A stretch of 64,000 bases of DNA from NCBI GenBank assembly GCA_015063745.1, contig SVTO01000003.1:3212-67211 (forward strand), in the 5' to 3' direction. The stretch's first letter is position 1. Each line of letters begins with the position of its first letter. Shown here piece after piece: positions 42,632 to 53,029 of the stretch. This stretch comes from Oscillospiraceae bacterium (GTDB taxonomy: Bacteria; Bacillota; Clostridia; Oscillospirales; CAG-272). Both the position numbers and the translations under genes were made by a program. The notes below the pieces were generated by a model, which was not told the origin of the DNA, searched no databases, and saw only the letters and a list, made by a program, of their open reading frames with translations.

Positions 42632-45376
42632 ATGGGGGATAAAGTTTTATTGGGTATTTCGGGACGGCGGAAAGGTAAGGTAAGGGGCAAGGAGGGGGTT
42701 TGGTATTCCGGTGTTTCTTCGTCTGAGGTAGCCGGGCTGCGGGAAAGGTTTGGGGCGAATGTACTGAGCAGGCAGAAAAAGGTTGGGGTGGTTCGGCAGT
42801 TTTTCAGGAACTGCAATGATCCGATTATACGGATTCTGATCGGTGCGTTGGTTCTGAATATCGTTTTTATGTTTCCCGATGTGAACTGGATTGAAACAGC
42901 CGGGATTGGGTTTGCTGTATTTGTTTCCGCATTTGTCTCTACGATTTCGGAATATTCGGGGAACAGGGCTTTTGAACGTTTGTATGAGAAGCTTTCCGAT
43001 ACTGAGTATACTGTTTTACGGGACAATCTGACGATTCGGGTGCCTATCGGGGATATTGTGGTAATGGATCTGGTTTATCTCTCAGCGGGAGAAGTGGTGC
43101 CGGTTGACGGCGTTCTGGTTTCCGGAGAGGTACGGGTGGATGAATCTTCTCTGACGGGAGAAAGCACGACGGTTGGAAAAATGGCGTGTGGTGTGGATTT
43201 TTCCGCTATTTGTCCCGATAATCTGCCTGCTGCTTCAGTCGGTGATAAGAATGTTGTATTCCGCGGCAGCGCGATTTGCAGTGGGGAATGTACGGTTCTG
43301 GCGGTTCGGGTTGGGGATGGGACGATGTACGGGGCGTTGGCTGCGGAGCTGCAAGGGGATACTTTGCCCAGTCCTCTGAAGCAGCGTCTTTCTGCGTTGG
43401 CCCGGACCATCAGCAAGATCGGTTATGCTTCGGCTGTGTTTGTAGCGCTTTCGCATTTACTGCGTGTATTCTGGCTGGATGCCGGTATGCAATGGGATGT
43501 GACTTTACTGCGGATGAGGGATATCGGTTTTGTTTGGCGGGAATGTTTATCTGCTTTTACGATGGCGATTTCCGTGATTGTTGTGGCTGTTCCCGAAGGA
43601 CTGCCGATGATGATTACGGTTGTTCTTTCCTCAAATATGCAGAAGATGATGAAGAGCGGTGTTCTGGTACGGAAGTTGGTGGGAATTGAGACTTCCGGCA
43701 ATCTGAGTATGCTTTTCACGGATAAGACCGGGACCATTACCACGGGGGAACTATCCGTTGCAGACGTTTATACTCCGGATATTCGGTTTGATTCCGTGGA
43801 AAAACTTGCGTGCCATACTGCGCTGCGTGATGCTGTATTCTCCTGTGCGGCAGCTTGCGGATCCTTTGTTTCGCCCAATACCACGGAGAAGGCTATAAAT
43901 CGCTTTCTGAGGCTGGATGTTGGTTCTGATTACACTTTGCCTGTCGGCAGGCTTCCTTTTGATTCCGGGCGGAAATTCAGCGCTGGGAGGGTGGTGGATA
44001 ACGGGAGAGATATTCTGTATATCTGCGGTGCGCCGGAATATATTCTGCCCTGTTGTGACCGGTGGATGGATACGGATGGTTTATGCCATTCGATGGATGG
44101 GTTGACGAGGGAGAAAATCAAACGTGATATGGACATGGCGGCGGCGAATGAGTACCGGATTGTGCTGCAGGCTTTTGGGGATGGCGGTCATTTTTCCGAA
44201 GTGGAACGAATCGGACCAGACGGTATTTCTCTTGTGTTTACTGCCCTGTTTTTTCTGCAGGATGAAATTCGGCCTGAGGTGTCCGATGCTGTAAAAGATT
44301 GCCGGGATGCGGGGATACAGGTGGTTATGCTGACCGGTGACAATGCGCGGACTGCGGCTTCCGTTGCCGGCAAGTGCGGGATTTTATCCGGGAAATCTGC
44401 GGTTTATATACCGGGAATGGTTTATGATCGGGAAACGGAGCTGGTACTGAATGGGTCCGATCTGGTTGGTCTGTCGGACGAACAGCTGACGGAGATACTG
44501 CCGGATATTCGGGTAATTGCGCGGGTCTCGCCTACAGACAAGAGTCGGTTGGTACGGGTTTCTCAGGCAGCGGGACATATTGTGGGTATGACCGGGGATG
44601 GAATCAACGATGCACCGGCTTTGAAGGCTGCGGATGTGGGATTTGCTATGGGCAGCGGTACGGAGGTTTCCAAATCGGCCGGGGATATTGTGATTACGGA
44701 TAATAATTTTTCATCCATTCGCAAAGCTGTGCTCTTCGGACGGACGATTTTCCAGAGTATTCGGAAGTTTATCGTTTTTCAGCTGATTATGAATCTTTCG
44801 GCGGTTGGGGTGTCACTGGTCGGGCCGTTTGTCGGTGTGGAAAATCCGGTTACGGTGATTCAGATGCTATGGATCAATATCATTATGGATACTCTGGGAT
44901 CGTTGGCTTTTGCCGGTGAGGCGCCTCTCGCGGAATATATGAAAATGAAACCGCTGAACCGTACGGAACCCATTCTGACCGGTGGGCTGATACGGCAGAT
45001 ATTGATTTCGGCTGCGTACACCATTGCGCTTTGTGTTGTTTTCCTTTGTTCTTCCGCGTCGAAGATTTATTTCGGCAGAGGAAATGATCTGTATTTCCTG
45101 ACGGCTTTTTTTGCTTTGTTTGTATTTTGCGGGATCTGCAATGCCTTTACGGTTCGTACGCCGCGGGTGAATTTATTCGCTCATCTCGGGAAAAACAAGG
45201 CTTTTCTGCTGATCATGCCGGGTGTTGCGTTTGTGCAGCTGCTGATTGTATATTTCGGCGGTTCTGTATTCAGGACTGTACCCATTTCGGCGGATGCGCT
45301 TCTGTTCTGTCTGTTCTGTGCGCTGACGGTTCTGCCGGTGGATGCGGTACGGAAAATACTGTTCCGGGAGAAATGA
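42632..45376 (+). CDS. cation (Ca2+-type) transporting P-type ATPase
   Basis: Start taken at ATG 42632 (MGDKVLL). LTGES, the DKTGTIT phosphorylation site, and MTGDGINDAPALKAADVGFAMG. About 10 TM segments. Confidence 0.85.
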   Translation: MGDKVLLGISGRRKGKVRGKEGVWYSGVSSSEVAGLRERFGANVLSRQKKVGVVRQFFRNCNDPIIRILIGALVLNIVFMFPDVNWIETAGIGFAVFVSAFVSTISEYSGNRAFERLYEKLSDTEYTVLRDNLTIRVPIGDIVVMDLVYLSAGEVVPVDGVLVSGEVRVDESSLTGESTTVGKMACGVDFSAICPDNLPAASVGDKNVVFRGSAICSGECTVLAVRVGDGTMYGALAAELQGDTLPSPLKQRLSALARTISKIGYASAVFVALSHLLRVFWLDAGMQWDVTLLRMRDIGFVWRECLSAFTMAISVIVVAVPEGLPMMITVVLSSNMQKMMKSGVLVRKLVGIETSGNLSMLFTDKTGTITTGELSVADVYTPDIRFDSVEKLACHTALRDAVFSCAAACGSFVSPNTTEKAINRFLRLDVGSDYTLPVGRLPFDSGRKFSAGRVVDNGRDILYICGAPEYILPCCDRWMDTDGLCHSMDGLTREKIKRDMDMAAANEYRIVLQAFGDGGHFSEVERIGPDGISLVFTALFFLQDEIRPEVSDAVKDCRDAGIQVVMLTGDNARTAASVAGKCGILSGKSAVYIPGMVYDRETELVLNGSDLVGLSDEQLTEILPDIRVIARVSPTDKSRLVRVSQAAGHIVGMTGDGINDAPALKAADVGFAMGSGTEVSKSAGDIVITDNNFSSIRKAVLFGRTIFQSIRKFIVFQLIMNLSAVGVSLVGPFVGVENPVTVIQMLWINIIMDTLGSLAFAGEAPLAEYMKMKPLNRTEPILTGGLIRQILISAAYTIALCVVFLCSSASKIYFGRGNDLYFLTAFFALFVFCGICNAFTVRTPRVNLFAHLGKNKAFLLIMPGVAFVQLLIVYFGGSVFRTVPISADALLFCLFCALTVLPVDAVRKILFREK

Positions 45377-45377
45377 G

Positions 45378-45425
45378 AAAATCCTGTATCTGTATGGTTT
45401 TTCATACGGATACAGGATTTTTTGT
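45378..45425. terminator. bidirectional rho-independent terminator
   Basis: AAATCCTGTATC / GATACAGGATTT inverted repeat followed by a T-run, between convergent genes. Confidence 0.7.
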
Positions 45426-45988
45426 TATGGATTGATCCAGCTGTTCAGGTACCATATGCCGTTTTCGTATTCCAGTACGGCGATTGCGCAGTTACCGCAC
45501 CGCATACAGTTTCTCGGGAACGGCACTTCGGTCAGGATTTCAAACAGGCCTACCATCCAGCCCCTGTGACAGAAGGCTGCGACGGTTTCACAGTCGAGGG
45601 AGGCTGCATGATTCAGGAATTCCCGGATGCGGGTATAGAAGTCTTCCCTGGTTTCTCCACCGACATCGCTGTAGCCGACTTCATTGAAATGTTTTCGTTG
45701 TTCCGGGGGATTGTCGTCGATGGGGTGGCCGGCGATATTGCCTACGTTGATTTCGCGCAGGAGGAGAGTTTCCTCCGGTATACATCCCGGGACGGCGATC
45801 TGTGCTGTCTGCATGGCACGGTTCAGGTCGCTGGAGTAGATTTTATCAAATGGGATTCCCTGCAGATATTTTCCGGCGGTACGGGCGTCTTCCCGTCCTT
45901 TTTCGGTCAGATTTACGTTTGTCCAGCCGGTCCAGTGTCTGATCAGATTGGTTTCGCTTTCACCGTGACGTACGACATACAATTTCAT
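45425..45988 (-). CDS. histidine phosphatase family protein (phosphoglycerate mutase-like)
   Basis: 187 aa with N-terminal VVRHGESETN catalytic motif. Confidence 0.8.
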   Translation of the reverse strand: MKLYVVRHGESETNLIRHWTGWTNVNLTEKGREDARTAGKYLQGIPFDKIYSSDLNRAMQTAQIAVPGCIPEETLLLREINVGNIAGHPIDDNPPEQRKHFNEVGYSDVGGETREDFYTRIREFLNHAASLDCETVAAFCHRGWMVGLFEILTEVPFPRNCMRCGNCAIAVLEYENGIWYLNSWINP

Positions 45989-46074
45989 AGGATTTCCTCG
46001 TTTCTCGTTTCGTTTTACCGGTATTAGTGTATCATATAATTATGAATTTTTCAACTTTTCCCGCTTGTGGACAC

Positions 46075-46110
46075 AAAAAAGCCGCAATTCATGGGAACTG
46101 CGGCTTTTTT
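46075..46110 (-). terminator. rho-independent terminator ending the 7-gene minus-strand operon
   Basis: A6, then GCCGCA (46081-46086) / TGCGGC (46099-46104), then T6. Confidence 0.7.
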
Positions 46111-46120
46111 GGGATGTATC

Positions 46121-47161
46121 TTACTTGGTAATGGTAACCTTATTGATGGTACCAGCCTTATCGGGGTCGATGCCGCGGACGATGGTCATCTTGCAGGCCA
46201 GCATCTGGAACACCAGAACGTTGATGAAGGGAGAGGTCAGTTCGCTGCCGGTGTCGGGTACTACGATACCGTGAGTACCGGGCAGGATTTCTGCGGGATC
46301 GTTGGTTACTACCAGGATGTCCGCTTCTTCCTTCTTCAGCTTTTCGATGATGTCGTGGGAGTCACCGGTGGTAGCGCCCTTGGGAGACAGTACGAATACC
46401 AGGTCGTCCTTCTTAATCTGGGCGATGGGACCGTGGTGGAAGTCGGAGGTGGGATAACCCTTCATCTTCAGCTTGTTGGTTTCCAGCATCTTCAGTGCGC
46501 CTTCCAGAGCGATGGGGTAGGAGATACCTCTGCCCAGCAGAACGGCACCGGGGATGTTCTGGTACTTTTCAGCCAGTACTTCGATTTCACCAACGCAGTT
46601 GTCCATGAATTCCTGTACCTTATCGCCAACGCCTGCCAGTTCGGCAAGGAATGCGTCGTTTTCAGCCCACTTACCGGCTACAGCGGCCAGCAGTGCCATC
46701 TGGGTGGTAAAGGTCTTGGTAGCAGCGATACTTGCTTCGTGGCCGCATCCGCAGAACAGGTGATGCTTTGCGGTCTTTGCGATGGGAGAATCGGTATTGT
46801 TGGTAATGGCTGCGGTTACGGCACCCTGTGCGTTTGCGCTTTCCAGAACTGCCAGAACGTCTTCCGCTCTGCCGGACTGGGATACGCCGATAACCAGCAT
46901 ACCCTTCATGTTGATGTCAGCACCGTACTTGGTGAATACGGCGGGAGTACCCAGCATACAGGGCATACCTGCCAGGATACCGAACAGATACTGCGCATAG
47001 ATACATGCGTGGTCGGATGTACCTCTTGCTGCGAAGTATACGCCATGTACACCTGCGGCTTTTGCATCGCGAACCAGTTCGGCTACTGCGTTTTCATTGC
47101 TGCGAAGCACATTTCTCAGGGCCTCGGGCTGTTCGCGGATTTCTTTTTCAAGATTAATCAT
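46121..47161 (-). CDS. double-SIS-domain sugar-phosphate isomerase/deaminase (GlmS-isomerase-domain / NagB-II / FrlB-like)
   Basis: 346 aa with VSQSGRAED and EGALKMLE..HHGP motifs of GlmS-type SIS domains. GGAGGA RBS. Confidence 0.65.
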   Translation of the reverse strand: MINLEKEIREQPEALRNVLRSNENAVAELVRDAKAAGVHGVYFAARGTSDHACIYAQYLFGILAGMPCMLGTPAVFTKYGADINMKGMLVIGVSQSGRAEDVLAVLESANAQGAVTAAITNNTDSPIAKTAKHHLFCGCGHEASIAATKTFTTQMALLAAVAGKWAENDAFLAELAGVGDKVQEFMDNCVGEIEVLAEKYQNIPGAVLLGRGISYPIALEGALKMLETNKLKMKGYPTSDFHHGPIAQIKKDDLVFVLSPKGATTGDSHDIIEKLKKEEADILVVTNDPAEILPGTHGIVVPDTGSELTSPFINVLVFQMLACKMTIVRGIDPDKAGTINKVTITK

Positions 47162-47183
47162 CTCTTTGTCCTCCAGTGATAGA

Positions 47184-48143
47184 TTATATTAAATTTAATG
47201 TTTTGACAATAAAAATACCGACGAAAATGGTCAGGATGCAGGATACAGTTGACAGCAGCAGAATCTGGGCTGCCAGTTCCGCATCGTTCTTCATACGTTT
47301 GGCCATGATATAGCTGGACACAGCAGAAGGTGCGCCGAACAGAATCAGTACGACACCGAGTTCTGCACTGCGGAATCCGAGTAAAGCCGCTATGGTTACC
47401 ATGATGGCAGGTAGGATCACTGTTTTGCTCACGGCACCGCAAACTGCATAACCAACTCTTCCCTTCAGGCTCTCCGGTTTGAAATTAGCACCGAGGCTGA
47501 TTAAGGCAAGAGGGGTGGTCATGTTGCTCAGATAATTTAAACTCTTGGACAGAATTGCCGGGATTTCTACGGAGAAAAGCAAACAGAGCAGAGCAAGAAG
47601 TACGCCGATGATCAGCGGATTGGTGATAATATTTTTAATGATCGACCAAACCTTCTTTTTGCTCATTCTTTCGGATTTATCTTCCGTGAATAGGGATAAC
47701 GCTATGACGGAATAGGCATTGAACATCAGGATCACAAAGGGCATGACGCAGGCAATCGAGGTGATGCCTAGTTCTCCGAACATATTGTCCGCAAGGGGAA
47801 CACCCAGTACTGCGAAATTGGAACGGCAGATTCCCTGTATAATGGAACCGCGCTTTGGTCTGTCCTTGACAAACAGAACGGTCAGGGCGGTTACTACGAT
47901 AAAGGATGCCGTTACGGCGATTACACAGAATAGGATCAGCTTTCCGTTAACCAGATCATCCAGAGAGGATCCGACAACTTCCAGAAAAAGCATGACCGGC
48001 AGGGTGATTTTGAATACGATCTTCTCGGAGATATCGATGAATGCATCATTCACAAAGCCTATCCGGCGCAGGATGATGCCAATCACCACCAACACGAAGA
48101 TCGGGGCTACTGCATTGATACTGTAATTGAGATTGGATAACAC
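47184..48143 (-). CDS. AEC (auxin efflux carrier) family permease
   Basis: 319 aa with about 10 TM segments. N-terminus INAVAPIFVLVVIGIILRRIGF is typical of AEC/malate-permease proteins. GTG start after AGGAGG. Confidence 0.7.
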   Translation of the reverse strand: MLSNLNYSINAVAPIFVLVVIGIILRRIGFVNDAFIDISEKIVFKITLPVMLFLEVVGSSLDDLVNGKLILFCVIAVTASFIVVTALTVLFVKDRPKRGSIIQGICRSNFAVLGVPLADNMFGELGITSIACVMPFVILMFNAYSVIALSLFTEDKSERMSKKKVWSIIKNIITNPLIIGVLLALLCLLFSVEIPAILSKSLNYLSNMTTPLALISLGANFKPESLKGRVGYAVCGAVSKTVILPAIMVTIAALLGFRSAELGVVLILFGAPSAVSSYIMAKRMKNDAELAAQILLLSTVSCILTIFVGIFIVKTLNLI

Positions 48144-48158
48144 GGCTTCGCCTCCTGT

Positions 48159-48977
48159 TTATCCCAGAGACACGAAGTAGTCGTTGATACCGGCTGCTAC
48201 GGCCTTAACAAATTTGCTCTGCCATTCGGCATCCTGAATCTTTGCGGCATCGTCCGGACTGGTGATGAAACCGATTTCGATCAGGGAACCGGCTGTGTAA
48301 GTTTCTCGGATTACTGCGTAGGATTCGGCGGGTTTCATCTCAAGAACCCTGGCATCCATTCCGCTTTCAAAAGCATTGTTCAGGCTGGTGCTGATGGCAT
48401 TGGCCACGTCTTCCGAATAGTCCTTGGTCTTTATTTCCGTGTTGCAGAAGTACACTCTCGTTCCGCCGACCGTTTCATCCGTGTAGGAGTCACAGTGCAG
48501 AGAAATAAAGTAATCGACATTCTGTGAATTGACGTAGGCTGCTCGTTCATAGGGGTTGAACTTATTATTGCCGTCGTCCTCGGTGGTTTTCGGGAAGGCG
48601 GTACCGTCGTGGGTCATGAGAACTTTATATCCCATAGCTTCCAGCTCGGTACGCAGATCCAGGGCATAACGCAGGGTCAGTTCCCGTTCGTCACATTCCG
48701 TAACATATGTACTGGATGCACCCGCATCGTCGAATCCGTGACCGGGGTCCACGCAGATCGTGATACCGCCGCCGGTCTGTTCCACAGGTTCTTCTTCCTG
48801 CTTCTGACGGCCGACACCGATGGAAGGAATACCGCTTCCCTGCCACAGTCTGTCCTTGACCGTATCTTCCTGTTCGTCGCTTTCACAGGCGGAGAAGGTT
48901 AAGATCATGGAAGCTGCCAGCAGGATTCCGAATCCTTGTGTTATCTTTCGGAAAATCTTTTCGGTAAAGTTTTTCAT
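48159..48977 (-). CDS. N-acetylmuramoyl-L-alanine amidase (amidase_3) lipoprotein
   Basis: 272 aa with lipobox LTFSAC. Also ICVDPGHGFDDAGA and ISLHCDS motifs. Confidence 0.75.
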   Translation of the reverse strand: MKNFTEKIFRKITQGFGILLAASMILTFSACESDEQEDTVKDRLWQGSGIPSIGVGRQKQEEEPVEQTGGGITICVDPGHGFDDAGASSTYVTECDERELTLRYALDLRTELEAMGYKVLMTHDGTAFPKTTEDDGNNKFNPYERAAYVNSQNVDYFISLHCDSYTDETVGGTRVYFCNTEIKTKDYSEDVANAISTSLNNAFESGMDARVLEMKPAESYAVIRETYTAGSLIEIGFITSPDDAAKIQDAEWQSKFVKAVAAGINDYFVSLG

Positions 48978-48997
48978 TCTTGTACTTTGTCCGTTTA

Positions 48998-50227
48998 TTA
49001 TTCTTCAGAAATAAATGCTGCGGGGATTTTGGAAGCTGCGATCTTCTTCAGGCTTTCTGCCGTCAGTCCATCGATATCGTGAACAGATGCCATATCGTCG
49101 CTGTAGGTATTTACATCAACGACCTGATATTCGTTCTGTTCGGTATAATGGGTCATGACCGGAAGAATCTTAATGTTCTCCATACCGATACCTTCACTGT
49201 CGGACACAATATCCATGGTCAGTATTCCGCTGACTGCGGTAGAGGCGTCTTTGGCTGAGGTGATCAGATTTCCCAGAGAATACACAAGAAGGGTTTCGGT
49301 TCCGTCGTCATTTTCGATCCATTCCGCAGTTTCCAGAGTGGAGCCGTTATTGCCGATAATAAGATCTGCGCCGGCTTCTGCTATGGCTTTGGCAGGTTCG
49401 ATACGGTTGACGCCGTCCGCTTTGTTCCAGGTTACAGATACCACTACGATGTCCGCCTGTGAATCTGCGTAGGAAACAGCGGCTTTTACAGCTTCAGGAT
49501 CACCCAGATGCGGGATCACCAGTTCACTTTCGGGTGCTTCTTCCACAACGGACAGGAAGGCAATTTTTACGCCGTCCTTTTCATAAATCCGCACGTCACC
49601 GGCGTCCATTTCGTCATGATATGCACCGATCTGCAGAACTTCGCCGTTACATACATTTTCTACGGTGTCACGGATGCCTGCATCGCCGCAAATCCCGAAC
49701 TCTGTACCGGCTGTATTGATAACATCGAAGCCGAGGTCAATCAGAGCTGTCAGGGATTCTGCGGGCATATTGGGCGTTTCCGCTGAAGTAACGGAATAGG
49801 TATCTGGATCGGCACAGGGCACTTCCAGAGTGGTTAAAGCTACATCCGCATTGTGGATAAAAGGATATACGGCTGCGTACATGATCAGATAGCTGTATGC
49901 CTTTTCTCCGGATGCGCGGGATGCGGCGTCTGCTGTGATGCGGCTGTCGATATCAATTCCGCCGGATACTGCCAGACGGATATGTTTTTCCGTCGCTGCG
50001 GGATTTTCGGAGGCTTCGGTCGCTTTTTCGGTGGCTGCGGCATCTTCCGCCTTTTCCACGTAATTATGACGCTCTGCCTGCTCGAGGACGGGCATATCGG
50101 TCAGCTCATCGTATGTAATTTCACTTGACGCATCACGCATCTCCAGTACCCCGCAGGATGTTGCGGAGAACAGGAGTGCACCGGTGAGACAGAGTGATGC
50201 GGCAAGCTTCTTTATTGTGTTGTTCAT
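48998..50227 (-). CDS. CapA/PGA_cap-family metallophosphoesterase-like lipoprotein
   Basis: 409 aa with lipobox FSATSC. ADIVVVSVTWNKADG resembles the CapA motif DIVVVSxHWGxE. Confidence 0.6.
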   Translation of the reverse strand: MNNTIKKLAASLCLTGALLFSATSCGVLEMRDASSEITYDELTDMPVLEQAERHNYVEKAEDAAATEKATEASENPAATEKHIRLAVSGGIDIDSRITADAASRASGEKAYSYLIMYAAVYPFIHNADVALTTLEVPCADPDTYSVTSAETPNMPAESLTALIDLGFDVINTAGTEFGICGDAGIRDTVENVCNGEVLQIGAYHDEMDAGDVRIYEKDGVKIAFLSVVEEAPESELVIPHLGDPEAVKAAVSYADSQADIVVVSVTWNKADGVNRIEPAKAIAEAGADLIIGNNGSTLETAEWIENDDGTETLLVYSLGNLITSAKDASTAVSGILTMDIVSDSEGIGMENIKILPVMTHYTEQNEYQVVDVNTYSDDMASVHDIDGLTAESLKKIAASKIPAAFISEE

Positions 50228-50231
50228 AGAA

Positions 50232-51488
50232 TCACTTTCTGGATTCCAGAACCTTCTGTTCGTATTCCTTCATGGACTTTACCCAATTGTCACGAACCGG
50301 AACACCCTGCTTTTCACAGTAGTAGTCCCATACGGCTGCGAAGGGATAGGTCTTTTCTTCTTCCAGGTATGCCAGACGGGAGGTGTAGTCGCCTTCCGCT
50401 TCGAACTTATGCAGCTTTGCAATGGGTTCCAGTGCGGCCCACAGAATGGCCTTCTGCATGCTGCGTGCACCGATGGTCCAGCAGGCGATACGGTTGATGC
50501 TGGCGTCGAAGAAGTCAAGTCCTACAAATACTCTGTCTTCGTAGCCGCCGCGGAGGATTTCACAGGCGATTGCCTTCAGTTCGTCGTCGAAAATTACTAC
50601 GTGGTCACTGTCCCAGCGAACGGGGCGGGATACGTGCAGAGCGATACCGGGGAGGTAGGTCAGAACGGAGCTGATCTTATCGGAAACCACTTCGGTGGGA
50701 TGGAAGTGACCGGTATCGAGGGTCAGCAGCTTCTGGTGCTTCATGGCACAGCCCATGTAGAATTCGTGAGAACCGATGGTGCAGCTTTCAGCGCCGATAC
50801 CGAATACCTTACTTTCCATACCGTCGCGGGTATACTTGGGATCGGTGTCAAAGCTGAAGATTTCTGCATAGGATTCTGCCAGGATCTGTCTGGACTTGGC
50901 ACGGTTTACGGGAGTATCCTTGAAGCCGTCGGGAATCCAGAGGTTATTTACGGAAACCTGTCCCAGTTCCTTACCGAGATATTCGGAAATCTTACGGGAT
51001 GCCTTACCGTGCTCGATCCAGTAGTTACGGATGTTGGCGTCGTTATGGCTCAGGGTGAAGCCGTCTTCGGACAGGGGGTGGGAGAAGAAGGTGGGGTTGA
51101 AGTCCAGACCGATCTTCTGTTCCTTTGCCCACTGTACCCAGGAGGTAAAGTGTTCGGGAGCGATTTCGTTTCTTTCTACTTTCTTGCCCTGGTTGTCCAG
51201 ATAGATAGCGTGCAGAGCCAGCTTCTTCTTACCGGGGATCAGGCTCATCGCTTTTTCGAAGTCTGCGCGCAGTTCGGCGATGTTGCGTGCCTTTCCGGGG
51301 TAGTTACCGGTTGCCTGGATACCGCCGGTCAGCTTTCCGTCGGGGGTTTCAAAGCCGAGCAGGTCGTCGCCCTGCCAGCACTGGATGGATACGGGAATTT
51401 CACTTGCTCTTGCAATGGCTGCATCGGTGTCCACACCCAGTTCGGCGTAGATCTCACGGGCCAGTTCATATCTCTTTTCTGTACTCAT
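50232..51488 (-). CDS. rhaA: L-rhamnose isomerase
   Basis: Start ATG 51488 ([14 protein letters not shown]) after [18 protein letters not shown] and later blocks match RhaA. Confidence 0.88.
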   Translation of the reverse strand: MSTEKRYELAREIYAELGVDTDAAIARASEIPVSIQCWQGDDLLGFETPDGKLTGGIQATGNYPGKARNIAELRADFEKAMSLIPGKKKLALHAIYLDNQGKKVERNEIAPEHFTSWVQWAKEQKIGLDFNPTFFSHPLSEDGFTLSHNDANIRNYWIEHGKASRKISEYLGKELGQVSVNNLWIPDGFKDTPVNRAKSRQILAESYAEIFSFDTDPKYTRDGMESKVFGIGAESCTIGSHEFYMGCAMKHQKLLTLDTGHFHPTEVVSDKISSVLTYLPGIALHVSRPVRWDSDHVVIFDDELKAIACEILRGGYEDRVFVGLDFFDASINRIACWTIGARSMQKAILWAALEPIAKLHKFEAEGDYTSRLAYLEEEKTYPFAAVWDYYCEKQGVPVRDNWVKSMKEYEQKVLESRK

Positions 51489-51516
51489 GTTCTTTTCTCC
51501 TTTTTGTCTGTTTTTA

Positions 51517-52992
51517 TCAGTCACCGATCAGTTCACAGAACTTGCCGTATGCATCGTCCCACGCTGCTGCAGTTTCGGTATTGGGCTTATATTCTTTTAC
51601 GTCGAAGGAATCACGTACGATGGCTCTTGCTTCCCACAGATCCCTTACGTCGCCGGCTGCGATGCTCTGCATGGCGATATTACCGATACAGGTGGCTTCA
51701 ACGGGGCCTGCCACTACCATACGGTGGGATGCGTCTGCGGCAAACTGGGACAGCATTTCTTCCTTGGTGCCGCCGCCTACGATGTTGATGAAGGAATACT
51801 TTCTGCCGCTTACGGCTTCCAGCTTTTCTGCGGTCCATCTGTACTTCAGCGCAAGGCTTTCGAAGATGCAGCGCACGATTTCACCGACGGATTCGGGTAC
51901 GTACTGGCCGGTTTCCTTACAGTATTCGCGGATTCTCTTAGGCATATTGCCAGCGGTGGAGAAACGGTCGTCGTCGGGGTTGATGAAGCACTGGAAGGGC
52001 TTTGCGGCCAGTGCCATGGCGGACAGTTCGTCGAAGGAATACTTTGTACCTTCTCTTGCCCACTGACGGCGGGATTCCTGTTCCAGCCACAGACCCATGA
52101 TGTTTTTCATAACACGGATAGTACCGTCCACGCCGCCTTCGTTGGTCAGCTGGTACTTTTTGGACAGATCGTTGATCATGGGCGTTTTGCTTTCGATACC
52201 CATGAGAGACCATGTACCGCTGGAAACGTACAGGAAGTCTTCGTTTTCGGCGGGTACGGCCATTACGGCGCTGGCGGTATCGTGGGATGCCACCTTGATC
52301 ACCTTGGCGGTGGAGTTGCCGGTTTCTTCGCCGGGCAGCAGGGTGCCGAGGATGGTGCCGGGTTCTGCGATGTCACAGAAGATATTTCTCGGCAGGCCGC
52401 ATTTGTTCAGCAGTTCGTCTGCGTATGTACGGGTATAGGCGTTCAGCAGTGCGCCGGTGGAAACGATGGTGTATTCGGACAGTTTTTCCCCGGTCAGGAA
52501 GTAACCCAGCAGGTCGGGGGTATTCAGCATTTTGTCCGCCTGTTCAAGCAGCCAGGGTCTGTCTCTCTTATCGGCCATGAGCTGATACAGAGTATTGAAG
52601 TTCATGGACTGGATACCGGTGGTATCGTAGATTTCGTCCCAGGAGGCAAAGTTCTTGAACACGTATTCATCGATGCCGGAGGTTCTTGTATCGCGGTAAT
52701 GGAAGGGATTGGAGATGAGTGCGCCGGTCTTATCCAGATAACCGTAGTCAACACCCCATGTGTCGATACCGATGGTATCCACACCGCCGTCCTGTGTTCC
52801 CTTCAGGATCGCAGTTTTGATTTCAAAGAGCAGACGCAGGGTATCCCAGTAGAAGCCGGTGGGAGTGGTGACAGGGTCGTTGGAGAAACGGTGGATTTCG
52901 TCCAGAGTGAACTTCTTTCCGTCAAATCCGCCAATGATGCCTCTGCCGCTGGATGCGCCCAGGTCGATCGCAAGCATTTTCTTCTGTGCCAT
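51517..52992 (-). CDS. rhaB: rhamnulokinase
   Basis: Start ATG 52992 ([21 protein letters not shown]). FGGY-kinase fold. [11 protein letters not shown] is typical of RhaB. Confidence 0.85.
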   Translation of the reverse strand: MAQKKMLAIDLGASSGRGIIGGFDGKKFTLDEIHRFSNDPVTTPTGFYWDTLRLLFEIKTAILKGTQDGGVDTIGIDTWGVDYGYLDKTGALISNPFHYRDTRTSGIDEYVFKNFASWDEIYDTTGIQSMNFNTLYQLMADKRDRPWLLEQADKMLNTPDLLGYFLTGEKLSEYTIVSTGALLNAYTRTYADELLNKCGLPRNIFCDIAEPGTILGTLLPGEETGNSTAKVIKVASHDTASAVMAVPAENEDFLYVSSGTWSLMGIESKTPMINDLSKKYQLTNEGGVDGTIRVMKNIMGLWLEQESRRQWAREGTKYSFDELSAMALAAKPFQCFINPDDDRFSTAGNMPKRIREYCKETGQYVPESVGEIVRCIFESLALKYRWTAEKLEAVSGRKYSFINIVGGGTKEEMLSQFAADASHRMVVAGPVEATCIGNIAMQSIAAGDVRDLWEARAIVRDSFDVKEYKPNTETAAAWDDAYGKFCELIGD

Positions 52993-53029
52993 AGCAAAAG
53001 CTCCTTTCACATTCGTTTATTCCTGCAGA